The notes below the pieces were generated by a model. That model was not told where the DNA came from and made no database searches. It worked only from the letters and a program-made list of their open reading frames with translations. A program made the translations under genes and the position numbers. DNA of 59,952 nucleotides from an uncultured Bacilli bacterium (lineage in GTDB: Bacteria > Bacillota_I > Bacilli_A > RF39 > UBA660): the NCBI GenBank assembly GCA_934086815.1, contig CAKOIM010000004.1, forward strand, positions 1 to 59,952, written 5' to 3'. Positions 12,712 to 21,804 of this stretch are shown piece by piece (positions within the stretch are counted from its first letter, which is position 1; each line of letters starts with the position of its first letter).

Positions 12712-12742
12712 CACAAACAAAAAAAGTTGTTTCCAACTTTTT
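12712..12742 (-). terminator. Rho-independent terminator after the HU gene
   Basis: AAAAAGTTG-GAAA-CAACTTTTT hairpin on the minus strand, followed by a U-rich tract. Confidence 0.6.
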
Positions 12743-12751
12743 CATTTATCA

Positions 12752-13024
12752 TTAGTTTAAAGCTTCTTTTAATTTGCTTCCAGCTTTGAATGATGCAACT
12801 GTTTTAGCAGGAATCTTGATAGCTTCTTTTGTTAATGGATTAATTCCTTCTCTAGCTTCTCTTTTTTTAGCACTGAATGTACCAAAACCAACTAAAGAAA
12901 CTTTTCCATCTTTTTTAAGACCTTCAGTAATTCCTACAATTGTAGCATCAAGTGCACGAGCAGCATCAGCTTTAGTTAAACCAGCTTCTTTAGCAATTAA
13001 TTCTACTAATTCTGTTTTAGACAT
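12752..13024 (-). CDS. hup: Histone-like DNA-binding protein HU
   Basis: 90 aa: MSKTELVELIAKEAGLTKADA ... GFGTFSAKKREAREGINP ... ASFKAGSKLK. This is the canonical HU/IHF fold sequence. Confidence 0.9.
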   Translation of the reverse strand: MSKTELVELIAKEAGLTKADAARALDATIVGITEGLKKDGKVSLVGFGTFSAKKREAREGINPLTKEAIKIPAKTVASFKAGSKLKEALN

Positions 13025-13138
13025 AAAATCTTACCTCCCATATAGTTTTTATAAGGACACTAGCCTTACATATTAAGATTAACAAAAAACTTAGGTAAAA
13101 TCAACAAATTTTTGTTATTTTTCTTAAAAAAATTAATT

Positions 13139-14011
13139 TTAAGGGATAAATGGTTGTCTCAAAATGCCATTTTCCGTTTTTTCTAAGTATTTAACAAAAC
13201 ATTTTATCTCAGGTTTTATTGTAATCGCAGCTTTATCTTTTATAAAATCATACTTTAATTTGGTTGGTTTCACTTTTAATATTTCCCCCCATTTACTTCT
13301 TTTTTTACTTAAGCTTACTTTCCCAACATATTTTATTTTTTTATTAACTATTTCCCCGAGGAATAAAACTACAATATATTCTTTTTCTATATACCCTAAA
13401 ATATAAAAGTATCCTTCCTTATAATTTTTAATCTTAAGCCAAACATCACTTCTTTCATTAATTTTATATAAACTAGATTTCTCTTTTGCAATTATTCCTT
13501 CTAAATTAAGTTTTTGAGCTATTTTAAATATTTTACATCCCTCGCCTACAATGTATTTACTTTTAATGAATGTATCACTATCACTATACTTATTTAAATA
13601 TTTTTTTCTTTTCTCTAAGGGATAAGCAATTAAATCTTTATCTTCATACAAACAGTCAAAAGCTATAAATACAACTGGATTGGTCTTACTCAAAAATTCA
13701 ATAGTTTTTTTATTTTTCAAATGAATTCTTTTTTGTAAACTACTAAAACTTATTTTTTTATCATTAAACAATATAATTTCTCCATCAAATATTACATTTT
13801 CTTTAACAAGTTCACTTATACTTTGTAACTCTGGAAATAAAGTAGTAATATCTAAACCATTACGACTTTTAATAACTAAGCTTTTAGGACTTGCAAAAAT
13901 TATTGTTCTTATGCCATCATATTTTATTTCAAAAAGATATTTTTTATCATTAAATGGTTCATCTACTTCTTTTAAAAGCATTGGCCTAAATTCTTTACTC
14001 CATAAATTCAT
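13139..14011 (-). CDS. ligD: ATP-dependent DNA ligase, LigD ligase-domain-only form
   Basis: 290 aa with the adenylation motif EIKYDGIR. No polymerase/primase or phosphoesterase domain. Its start overlaps the ku stop (ATGA, 14008-14011). Confidence 0.8.
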   Translation of the reverse strand: MNLWSKEFRPMLLKEVDEPFNDKKYLFEIKYDGIRTIIFASPKSLVIKSRNGLDITTLFPELQSISELVKENVIFDGEIILFNDKKISFSSLQKRIHLKNKKTIEFLSKTNPVVFIAFDCLYEDKDLIAYPLEKRKKYLNKYSDSDTFIKSKYIVGEGCKIFKIAQKLNLEGIIAKEKSSLYKINERSDVWLKIKNYKEGYFYILGYIEKEYIVVLFLGEIVNKKIKYVGKVSLSKKRSKWGEILKVKPTKLKYDFIKDKAAITIKPEIKCFVKYLEKTENGILRQPFIP

Positions 14012-14757
14012 TTGCTATTCTCCAAACTTTTTTCTAAAGCTTTCATTAAGTCGTTAATTTTTTTCGTTGATGTTTTTTTACGCCCCACAACTTTTTTACC
14101 AGCCATTTTTTTATCAATAGCTTTTTTAATACTATCTTGATATTCATCTTTATACTTTTCCGGTTCAAAATGCGAAGTCATACTATCTATCAATTTAATT
14201 GCTAATTCTAATTCTTTACTAGTAGATTTTAGTTCTATATCTTTTTCAGGTATATTTACTTCTTCTTTAAAATATAATGTTGTAAAAATAAAACCATCAT
14301 CAATAAACTTTAACACACCGTAATAAAACTTTGTTCCTATTACAGTTTTACATATAGCAACTTTTTTACTTTTCTTTAAGGCTTCTAAGAATAGTTTATA
14401 GGCTTTAGCTTTTCCCTCTGTATTTAAAAAATAACTCTTTTCATAGTACCACGTTGGAATTTCTGATTCTTTTACAAAAGATATAACTTCTATTTCTTTT
14501 TCACTCACTGGTTTTAATTTATTTAACTCATCTTTTGAAAAAACTAAATAATTATCTTTTTCAAATTGGTAGCCTTTAACTATATCTTTTTCTTTTAAAT
14601 TCTTTTTACAATGAGGACAATACTTAATATAATTAATTCTATTTAAACATTTAGCATGAAGTTGATTAAAAGAAGTATCATTATTTTTAATTACAGGATT
14701 TAATATTATTGGAATATTTACTAAAGCAAAAGAAATACTAGAATGTATATTAGGCAT
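14008..14757 (-). CDS. ku: Ku protein (bacterial NHEJ DNA-end binding)
   Basis: SISFALVNIPI ... SFNQLH ... CPHCKK ... IVKGYQF and a basic C-terminal tail. I prefer the ATG at 14757 (GGTGA RBS 5 nt upstream) over the ORF-track start at 14769. Confidence 0.85.
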   Translation of the reverse strand: MPNIHSSISFALVNIPIILNPVIKNNDTSFNQLHAKCLNRINYIKYCPHCKKNLKEKDIVKGYQFEKDNYLVFSKDELNKLKPVSEKEIEVISFVKESEIPTWYYEKSYFLNTEGKAKAYKLFLEALKKSKKVAICKTVIGTKFYYGVLKFIDDGFIFTTLYFKEEVNIPEKDIELKSTSKELELAIKLIDSMTSHFEPEKYKDEYQDSIKKAIDKKMAGKKVVGRKKTSTKKINDLMKALEKSLENSK

Positions 14758-14801
14758 AAGCTTCACCATTTCTAGTATTTCTATTTATTTATTTTTTATT
14801 C

Positions 14802-16040
14802 TTATTTTATTAAAATCGGCTCTGTTTTTTTGCCTGATCCGCTTACATAAGTTACATTGGGATTTAAGTAAAAGGTTGGCCTTATAGCAAAATGATTCTT
14901 ATATGAATTACGATCACCGTTTATATGTCCATATGGCATAATCGAAAAAACACCTATATTTGTATCTATACTTGGCGTAATTGTCCATTCCATAAGTCCC
15001 ATATGCATCCAATTAACAGAAATTATATCCGAATTAGAATAATCATCGTTTGTAGACTTATTATATAGTAAGGTATTCCAAGCAGTTGGGGCAGCTGCAA
15101 AACCATAATCACTTATATACATTAAACCTACTTTAGCATCATATGTTGTACGACTACTTAAAATTTCGCTTTCATAAACTACAGAAGGAATACGATAAAT
15201 ATTCGACCTATAATTACCACCTATTTTCCAATTATTAATGTATATCATATTTGCCCACTTATCTCCTATATTATTTAAGAAATTAGTATTTAAATTTGTC
15301 TCATTTAAACAACTTCCTTGCCAATCATTAGAAGGAAGATAGCTTGTATACCAATGATAAGCATAAATATTTGTGTTCTCTCCCTTGCTAACACCAACAT
15401 TATCTGTTTTAGAATACGGCATGGCAGCACATCCATCTGTACCAAGCAATGCTGATAAAGCATAATCATATTTTATTAATTTCACTTGATTTTCAAATAC
15501 CCCAATTATTCTATATAAATTATCTGTTGGACAACTTCCATCTTTTGAATCATATCCAAAACAAACAAAATTATTTGTGGTATCACTACTTCCTGCATAA
15601 CGATATGAATAATCTCCTGCTCCATTTGTTAAACTACTATTATGATAATATAAATTATTTTCGCCTTGTACTCCTGTATATAATTTTTTTATATATTTGT
15701 ATAAATATAACGGTTCTTTATCAAAATAAACATAACAATCATCTTTAGTATTTCCTTCAAATATAACTTGTTTTTTATCATTATCCCAACTTAAACTGCT
15801 ACCATTTTTACACTTACTTAATGTAGAATTAAATAAATACCCTTCCGCCGGCCATGAACTTCCCGTAGTTTCTTCATATTTACCACTATTAAATTCTGTT
15901 TCTAACATCATCGATAATGTATTTTTCTCTTTATTAATTACATCCGCATTATAAAGTTCATTATTTTCTTTTTTATTTTCATTAAGAATCCCCAAACAAA
16001 TTAAACAAACGCCTATAAATAAAATTATTGTTTTTTTCAT
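14802..16040 (-). CDS. Secreted or surface protein, paralogue of the 27809..29377 product
   Basis: 412 aa with an N-terminal signal-like segment IILFIGVCLICLGIL. It shares YRYAGSSDTTNNFVCFGYDSKDGSCPTDNLYRIIGVF and a C-terminal ...EWT...IRPTFYL module with the 522-aa paralogue. Confidence 0.6.
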   Translation of the reverse strand: MKKTIILFIGVCLICLGILNENKKENNELYNADVINKEKNTLSMMLETEFNSGKYEETTGSSWPAEGYLFNSTLSKCKNGSSLSWDNDKKQVIFEGNTKDDCYVYFDKEPLYLYKYIKKLYTGVQGENNLYYHNSSLTNGAGDYSYRYAGSSDTTNNFVCFGYDSKDGSCPTDNLYRIIGVFENQVKLIKYDYALSALLGTDGCAAMPYSKTDNVGVSKGENTNIYAYHWYTSYLPSNDWQGSCLNETNLNTNFLNNIGDKWANMIYINNWKIGGNYRSNIYRIPSVVYESEILSSRTTYDAKVGLMYISDYGFAAAPTAWNTLLYNKSTNDDYSNSDIISVNWMHMGLMEWTITPSIDTNIGVFSIMPYGHINGDRNSYKNHFAIRPTFYLNPNVTYVSGSGKKTEPILIK

Positions 16041-16057
16041 ATTTATACCTCATTTAA

Positions 16058-16128
16058 CAACTCTTGTATTGTCATAAATATATTACAACATATGTGTTCA
16101 TTAGTCAACTCTTGTGTTGTACAAAATG
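16058..16128. promoter_or_regulatory. Candidate operator repeats in the divergent region upstream of the XRE regulator gene
   Basis: Direct repeats CAACTCTTGTATTGT (16058-16072) and CAACTCTTGTGTTGT (16106-16120). Palindrome TTGTACAA at 16117-16124. Confidence 0.3.
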
Positions 16129-16152
16129 ATATATATTATTTGGTGAAAAAAT

Positions 16153-16380
16153 ATGTATTATACTGAAAAATTAAAATGGATTAGGGACTGTAGAAACATT
16201 ACACAAAAAGAAATTGCTGATTATTTAGGAATTAAACAACAGCAATATGCAAGATATGAAAAAGGAATAAATGTAATGCCCATTACTTATTTAGCCAAAA
16301 TTTGCATTTATTTAAATGTTTCCGCAGATTATATTATTGGCTTAACTAATGAAATGTTACCTTGTCCCAAACAAAAATAA
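16153..16380 (+). CDS. XRE-family helix-turn-helix transcriptional regulator
   Basis: 75 aa: LKWIRDCRNITQKEIADYLGIKQQQYARYEKG, a typical Cro/CI-type HTH. Confidence 0.8.
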   Translation: MYYTEKLKWIRDCRNITQKEIADYLGIKQQQYARYEKGINVMPITYLAKICIYLNVSADYIIGLTNEMLPCPKQK

Positions 16381-16400
16381 AGGCCTTCAATACAGCCTTT
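16379..16400. terminator. Possible bidirectional terminator hairpin between convergent genes
   Basis: AAAGGC ... GCCTTT stem with a 10-nt loop, followed by ATTTTATT. Confidence 0.35.
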
Positions 16401-16420
16401 ATTTTATTAGTAACTTTGGA

Positions 16421-17718
16421 CTACTCATTAACACAAAACACAGCATAAAGTGGTATTGATTTTATATTATTTTCAAAGCCAAAATTTTTAGAAGATATTC
16501 TTATACTATATTTTGGATTATACTCCTTTATGTATTCATTTAAACCCTTATTAGCTGTTCTTCTGCCACTTTTAACTTCAATTGGAATAATATTTCCATC
16601 TACTTTTATCAAAAAATCTATTTCATATTTACCAAATGTGTAATAGTATAACTCTTTTGATTTAGAATATAGTTCACATGCTATATAATTTTCTGTAAGT
16701 ACACCATTAAACATTTTATTTTTATCCAATATTATTTCATTATATTCTAAATTTGATAGCGACCTAAGCAAACCTACATCACTTAAATATAATTTAAATT
16801 TATCTGAATTGACAAACGCTTTTAAAGGAGATTCATTTTTTTGAGTTAAATCACATTTTAATACCATATTGCTAGCAAGCAACCAATCTAAGCTACTTTC
16901 ATACCTAATTTTTCTTGCATCTTTTGAAACTATACTATACTTAAAAGCATTGTTTGTTCTTGCAAGCTCTTTTGGAATTGAATTATAAATTTGGCTATTT
17001 TTTATTCCTTCGCTATTTTCAGTATATTTATTCATATCTGCTAAATATGATGTAATAATTTGTTCTTGCAAACTAAAATCAACATGAGATATATTACATT
17101 CATTTTCTATAAAATTATTTATCATGGCAGGCATCCCCCCCAATACTAAATATTTTTTATATAATTCTAAGGCTTTTTCATGAATAGGATTCATAAGTGC
17201 CTCATTTGAATTATAATGGATCCTTATCTCATTAATTAATTTTTCCTCGCCTAAAGCTTTTAAATATTCTTCGAAATTCATCGGAAATAAATACTTTATA
17301 TTAACTTTTCCAACAGGAAAAGATGACTTAAATCTATTTATTTTAACGCCAAGTAGTGACCCAGCACATACAATTTTATAGGGTTTATCACTTTCGCAAA
17401 AATATTTTAATGAAGTTATTGCTCTTTCACTAACCTGAATTTCATCAAAAAATATTATTGTATTTTCAGGATTAATTATAATATTTTTAATTATTTCTAT
17501 TTTTTCTACTATAACATCTGGTTCTATAGTTTTCTCAAATAATTCAGTAATATTTTCTTCTTTATCCAAATTTATATATATATATAGTTTTCATAATTTC
17601 TTTTGCAAAATTGTTCTAATATATAAGTTTTTCCAGTTTGCCTTGCCCCGACTAACATTAATGGTCTCTTATAATCTTTTTTCCATTCCTTTAAATCTTC
17701 TTCTATTTTTCTATACAT
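16421..17718 (-). pseudogene. AAA-family ATPase (DUF4143-type) interrupted by a frameshift in a (TA)7 run
   Basis: The N-terminal piece carries Walker A GARQTGKTY. The downstream piece carries Walker B-like IIFFDEIQ. The two ORFs are in different frames and meet in the TA run at 17573-17586. The likely true start is MYRKIEEDL at 17718. Confidence 0.7.
17573..17586. repeat. (TA)7 dinucleotide microsatellite inside the AAA ATPase gene
   Basis: Read directly as TATATATATATATA. Removing one TA unit fuses the two ORFs as ...NYENYIYINLDKEEN... Confidence 0.9.
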
Positions 17719-17822
17719 AGTTTTCGCCTCCGCTTTAATTTTATCGCATTTCGTACAAAATGTACATTTCTCGCCACACTTTTTCGTGCATATTGTACGA
17801 AAAAGCATGGTTTTTGAAAATC

Positions 17823-18980
17823 CTATAAAGATTTTATTTCTCTTTTAGTTCTATTTATTTTATTTTCTATACTAACTCTTTCTACTACAAAAAGCATTAT
17901 TATTGCATTAACTGTAAATGAACCACCATAACTAAGTAAAGGAAGAGGCACCCCAGTTAAAGGTACTAAAGCAAGTACTCCCAGTAAATTTACAAGTATA
18001 TGTAATGTTAAATACCAAAATGTCCCATAAGCTAAAATTGAACAACGTAAATTTTCCGAAGATTTAGCAATTTTTAAAATTCTAAATAATATATAAGCAT
18101 AACCTAAAATAATTAATATTCCCACAATTAAACCTAATTCTTCGACTATAATTGGAAATATAAAATCTGTATGTGCTTCTGGTAAATATAAATACTTTTG
18201 CGTAGAATTACCAAGCCCTACTCCAAAAAGTCCCCCATTATTAATAGCTATAAATCCATTACAAACTTGATAACCGGTTTCTTCTGTATATCTTGAACAA
18301 GGGTTTTGAAAGTTAAGTCTTCCTTTTTGCATATTATTTAGTAAACTATTTCCAGAATAAAGAAAAAATATTACCCCCACTACAGCTAAAAAGGCTATAA
18401 TTTTCATAAACTTTAACATATTTGTTTTAACTACTGGAATACTTATAAATGTCATAAATGTTATACCTGCTATTATTGCTGCGCTTCCTAAGTCCGGTTG
18501 CATAGCTACTAAAATTACAACTACTCCTGCAAGTATTAACGGAAATAAATAAGCATATATGTTTTTTACTTTTTTATAATGTAATTTATTATAATAAATT
18601 GCCATAAACACAACTATAATAGATTTAGCAAATTCACTTGGTTGAACTTTAAAGAACTTTAAATCATACCAACTTATAGCATGATTTGTAAGTTTACCGT
18701 ATACAAATAAAAATGCTAGTGAACCAATTAATAAAAAAATAAGTGGCCACGCAAATGCTTTATAGGCTCTGGTTGGAATTTTTAAAATAATAAAAAATCC
18801 TACGAATAAGGATGCTAATATAAATATAGCTTGTCTTATAAAAAAGTGATATGGAGCGTAACCATAACGTACTACTGCGGTAATATTGGAAGCACTATAT
18901 ATCATAACTAAGCCTAAAACAATATAAATAAGCATCATAAAAAATAATGGAAAATCTATTTTAGAAAAATTTTTACCCAT
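17823..18980 (-). CDS. SEDS-family peptidoglycan glycosyltransferase (FtsW/RodA/SpoVE)
   Basis: 385 aa and polytopic, with SEDS-like blocks QPSEFAK, MQPDLGSA, PEAHTDFIF and LPLLSYGGS. Confidence 0.85.
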   Translation of the reverse strand: MGKNFSKIDFPLFFMMLIYIVLGLVMIYSASNITAVVRYGYAPYHFFIRQAIFILASLFVGFFIILKIPTRAYKAFAWPLIFLLIGSLAFLFVYGKLTNHAISWYDLKFFKVQPSEFAKSIIVVFMAIYYNKLHYKKVKNIYAYLFPLILAGVVVILVAMQPDLGSAAIIAGITFMTFISIPVVKTNMLKFMKIIAFLAVVGVIFFLYSGNSLLNNMQKGRLNFQNPCSRYTEETGYQVCNGFIAINNGGLFGVGLGNSTQKYLYLPEAHTDFIFPIIVEELGLIVGILIILGYAYILFRILKIAKSSENLRCSILAYGTFWYLTLHILVNLLGVLALVPLTGVPLPLLSYGGSFTVNAIIMLFVVERVSIENKINRTKREIKSL

Positions 18981-19115
18981 AACATATACTCCTTATATTT
19001 TGATTTTATCATAAATAAAAGTAAATTAAACATTTTTTTTAAAACTTGGGTTATTTTAATGTCAAAAACAAGTATTTATTAATAAATTATATTAGATACG
19101 TAAAGGAGGTATATT

Positions 19116-19298
19116 ATGTATTATTATGGAAATACCGGCTATTACGGTGGAGGATATGCAGGAGCTAATCAATGTTATCCTCAATATGCTGGTTATACTA
19201 GCGGTTATGGTATTGGCGGAGCTATATGGATTGTTTTATTTATCCTTTTAGTTATAATACTAGGAGCTGGTTGGAGTTGGAATAATAACAATAACTAA
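19116..19298 (+). CDS. Small Gly/Tyr-rich membrane-anchored protein, YjcZ-like sporulation protein
   Basis: 60 aa after a strong RBS AAAGGAGG. A GYYGGGYAG... region is followed by the hydrophobic tail AIWIVLFILLVIILGAG, as in the YjcZ family. Confidence 0.55.
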   Translation: MYYYGNTGYYGGGYAGANQCYPQYAGYTSGYGIGGAIWIVLFILLVIILGAGWSWNNNNN

Positions 19299-19329
19299 CG
19301 AAGGAAGATTTACTTTCCTTTAAACACAT

Positions 19330-19367
19330 GACAAATGAGTAGAAATTTTACTTATTTGTCTTTTTTT
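19330..19367 (+). terminator. Rho-independent terminator
   Basis: 12-bp stem GACAAATGAGTA / TACTTATTTGTC (one G-U pair) followed by 7 T. Confidence 0.7.
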
Positions 19368-19409
19368 GTAAATTGATTTGTCGAACAATAACTAGTTTCG
19401 TCGAATGTC

Positions 19410-19437
19410 TTGACGGGGTGTTTTTGATGTATATAAT
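19410..19437 (+). promoter_or_regulatory. Sigma-A-type promoter for the Rpn-like gene
   Basis: TTGACG (19410-19415), 16-nt spacer, TATAAT (19432-19437). Confidence 0.5.
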
Positions 19438-19459
19438 AAAAAGGCGAAAGGAGGATTTT

Positions 19460-20317
19460 ATGCTTAAAGTTAAGACTTCAGAAACGTTTATGAAAGATAC
19501 TATTGTTAAGAAATTATATTCAACAAACGTAGGTCAAAAATGCCTTGCTAAAACGGTATGTCAAATATTAGGGTTACCATTTGAGTCTGTTAGTTTTAAA
19601 ATAATGCCAACGGATATAGGTACTAATAAAAATATTGTAAATAGTGATGCGGATATATTACTTGAAAGTAATGAAGCAATTGTTAATGTTGAGATTAATA
19701 CAAGTACATCAAAAAGTATTCAAAATAAGAATAATGCTTATGTTTGTCAATTAGTATTAAGACAACTAAAAAATATGGAAGCCTATAAAAACAAATTAAA
19801 AAAGGTGTATCAAATTAATCTAAATAATTATGATATTTCTCGTGATAATCGTTTTATTGTTGTAAATAGATTGATTGATATAGAAACACGTAGAGAATAT
19901 CATCCCATATTAGAAATAATCGATGTTAATCTTGCGAAATTGCAAAAAGAAGATTATAATAAACTTAAGAAAAACGAAATAGAGTATTTATTATATCTTC
20001 TTGTATGTAATAATGAAGAAGAATTAAGAAAAATCTATAATGGAGATGATTTAATGGAAAAAATGATAGATGAAGCTAAAATATTAACAGATAATTTTGA
20101 TTTATTACTATATTATGACAGAGAAAAATTGAAAAAACAAGAAGAATATGAACTTGGCGAAGAAGCAGGAAAAGAAATTGGCTTTAAAGCCGGAGTTTCA
20201 CAAAATAAAAAAGAATTAACAATAAATATGCTAAAGAAAAAAATGTCAGACGAATTAATCTGTGAAATAACTGGCCTATCAATCGAAGATGTTAATGAAT
20301 TGAAGAAGGAACTATAA
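19460..20317 (+). CDS. Rpn-family recombination-promoting nuclease / PD-(D/E)xK putative transposase
   Basis: ATG at 19460 after GAAAGGAGG; the ORF-track start at 19373 is probably an upstream extension. A DADILLESNEAIVNVEIN nuclease-core-like block and a C-terminal repeat-helix tail (ELTINMLKKKMSDELICEITGLSIEDVNELKK) are typical of the family. Confidence 0.6.
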   Translation: MLKVKTSETFMKDTIVKKLYSTNVGQKCLAKTVCQILGLPFESVSFKIMPTDIGTNKNIVNSDADILLESNEAIVNVEINTSTSKSIQNKNNAYVCQLVLRQLKNMEAYKNKLKKVYQINLNNYDISRDNRFIVVNRLIDIETRREYHPILEIIDVNLAKLQKEDYNKLKKNEIEYLLYLLVCNNEEELRKIYNGDDLMEKMIDEAKILTDNFDLLLYYDREKLKKQEEYELGEEAGKEIGFKAGVSQNKKELTINMLKKKMSDELICEITGLSIEDVNELKKEL

Positions 20318-20363
20318 AAACAAATAGTAGACATGTTGTTTATAATCATTTATCAACGAATCT

Positions 20364-20390
20364 AAAAGGAAATTATACTTCCTTTTTTTT
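20364..20390 (+). terminator. Rho-independent terminator
   Basis: AAAAGGAA-ATTATAC-TTCCTTTT hairpin followed by a T run. Confidence 0.7.
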
Positions 20391-20426
20391 AATATTTTTG
20401 ATACAATATGTCCTAGGTGAGAGAAA

Positions 20427-20981
20427 ATGGAATTACCAAATATAAAAATTTTAGATGAAAAAAATAAAATATTACATAAAGTAAGTAGCGATGTAACATT
20501 TCCCGTAAGTGAAGAAGATCGTAAACTTGCTTATGACACTATTAAGTATTTAGAAATGAGCCAAGATGAAAAAATTGCTGAAAAATACAACTTAAGAGCA
20601 GGAATGGGAATGGCTTTTGTTCAACTAGGAAAGTTAAAAAGAATATTTGTTATTGCCAATGAATTAGAGGAAAAAAATACTTTTGAAGAATACATTATTA
20701 TTAATCCTCGTATAATTAGTTGTAGTGAAGAATTAATTTATGTTGGCGAAGGCGAAGGATGTCTAAGCGTAAATCGTGAAGTCGAAGGTATTGTGCCAAG
20801 ACATGCAAGAATTACCGTAGAATATTATGATTTTGAAGGTAATAAAAAAACAATCCGAGTACGCGAAGATTTAGCTATTGCTTTTCAACATGAAATTGAT
20901 CATTTAAACGGAATACTTTTTGTAGATAAGATAGATCCTAAAAATCCTTATAAAAATAAAGATAAAATGCGAGAAATCTAA
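20427..20981 (+). CDS. def: Peptide deformylase
   Basis: 184 aa with the three deformylase motifs GMGMAFVQ, EGCLS and HEIDHLNG. Confidence 0.9.
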   Translation: MELPNIKILDEKNKILHKVSSDVTFPVSEEDRKLAYDTIKYLEMSQDEKIAEKYNLRAGMGMAFVQLGKLKRIFVIANELEEKNTFEEYIIINPRIISCSEELIYVGEGEGCLSVNREVEGIVPRHARITVEYYDFEGNKKTIRVREDLAIAFQHEIDHLNGILFVDKIDPKNPYKNKDKMREI

Positions 20982-20984
20982 AAC

Positions 20985-21014
20985 TTGACACAAATAGTCA
21001 ATATATTATATAAT
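20985..21014 (+). promoter_or_regulatory. Sigma-A-type promoter ahead of the long rpsD leader
   Basis: TTGACA (20985-20990), 18-nt spacer, TATAAT (21009-21014). The ~160-nt leader is consistent with S4 autoregulation as known in B. subtilis; I did not fold it. Confidence 0.5.
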
Positions 21015-21173
21015 ACATGTGCAAGTTATTTAGGCAGAGTTATACGATAAATAATGTGTTTAAAACCAATGTGTAATAAAGTATCTAGGACTGCCCTAGA
21101 AAAATTAATTTAAACTCCCTATTTATTTGGTATAGCAAAGTAAATATTTTGCAAATAATGGAAAGGAGCATTT

Positions 21174-21773
21174 ATGGCAAGATATACTGGACCAGCTTAT
21201 AAAAAATCTAGAAGATTAGGTTTTTCTACTCTTGAAAATGGAAAAGATTTAAAAAGACCATTTGCACCAGGACAACATGGACAAGATCGTCGTCGTAAAC
21301 TTAGTGAATATGGTATCCAATTACAAGAAAAACAAAAAGTAAGAATTCTTTATGGTTTAAATGAAAAACAATTCCGTAAAGTATTTGATAAAGCTTCTAA
21401 GATGAAAGGTATTGCTGGGGAAAACTTATTAGTTTTACTAGAATCTAGATTAGATAATTTAGTTTATCGTTTAGGTTTAGCAAGAACTAGAAGAGGTGCA
21501 CGTCAAGTTGTTAATCATGGACATATTTTAGTAAATGGTAAAAAAGTTGATATTCCTTCTTACACATGTAAAATTGGAGATATCATTTCTGTTAAAGAAA
21601 ACTCTTTAAACCACCCTGCTATTATAGATTCATTAGAACAAAAAAGAACTGTACCAGCTTATCTAGAAATGGATGAAAAGAAATTATCTGGTAAATATGT
21701 AAGAATTCCTGAAAGAAGTGAACTTAACCAAGAAGTTAATGAACAACTTATCGTAGAATTTTACAATAGATAA
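21174..21773 (+). CDS. rpsD: 30S ribosomal protein S4
   Basis: 199 aa: [16 protein letters not shown] ... S4 RNA-binding domain [42 protein letters not shown]. Confidence 0.97.
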   Translation: MARYTGPAYKKSRRLGFSTLENGKDLKRPFAPGQHGQDRRRKLSEYGIQLQEKQKVRILYGLNEKQFRKVFDKASKMKGIAGENLLVLLESRLDNLVYRLGLARTRRGARQVVNHGHILVNGKKVDIPSYTCKIGDIISVKENSLNHPAIIDSLEQKRTVPAYLEMDEKKLSGKYVRIPERSELNQEVNEQLIVEFYNR

Positions 21774-21777
21774 TATT

Positions 21778-21804
21778 AAAACCAAGATTACGCATCTTGG
21801 TTTT
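21778..21804 (+). terminator. Rho-independent terminator of rpsD, overlapping the 3' end of the convergent M16 gene
   Basis: 11-bp stem AAAACCAAGAT / ATCTTGGTTTT with loop TACGC, followed by CTTTT. Confidence 0.75.

Noticed and set aside
14773-14801. Forespore SigG/SigF-type promoter upstream of ku: GAATA, 17-18 nt, then aATACTA on the minus strand.
   Set aside because: The match to the consensus is decent and fits Bacillus biology. However, the -10 ends only 15 nt before the preferred ATG, so the predicted transcription start would fall inside the RBS. That is too close to call without transcript mapping.
17719-17808. Cys-rich N-terminal extension MLFRTICTKKCGEKCTFCTKCDKIKAEAKT of the 78-aa ORF, which looks like a zinc ribbon.
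   Set aside because: Family members start at the MYRKIEEDL-type sequence. The extension is the translation of an inverted-repeat-containing upstream region (TTTCGTACAA ... TTGTACGAAA) and is more likely promoter or operator DNA.
19373-19459. Upstream extensions of ORF-track starts: 19373 for the Rpn-like gene, 52493 for the aminotransferase, 42595 for valS, 59333 for sigG, 25451 for the HD gene and 14769 for ku.
   Set aside because: In each case an internal ATG is preceded by a good GGAGG-type RBS and matches the usual family N-terminus, while the longer start has no RBS.
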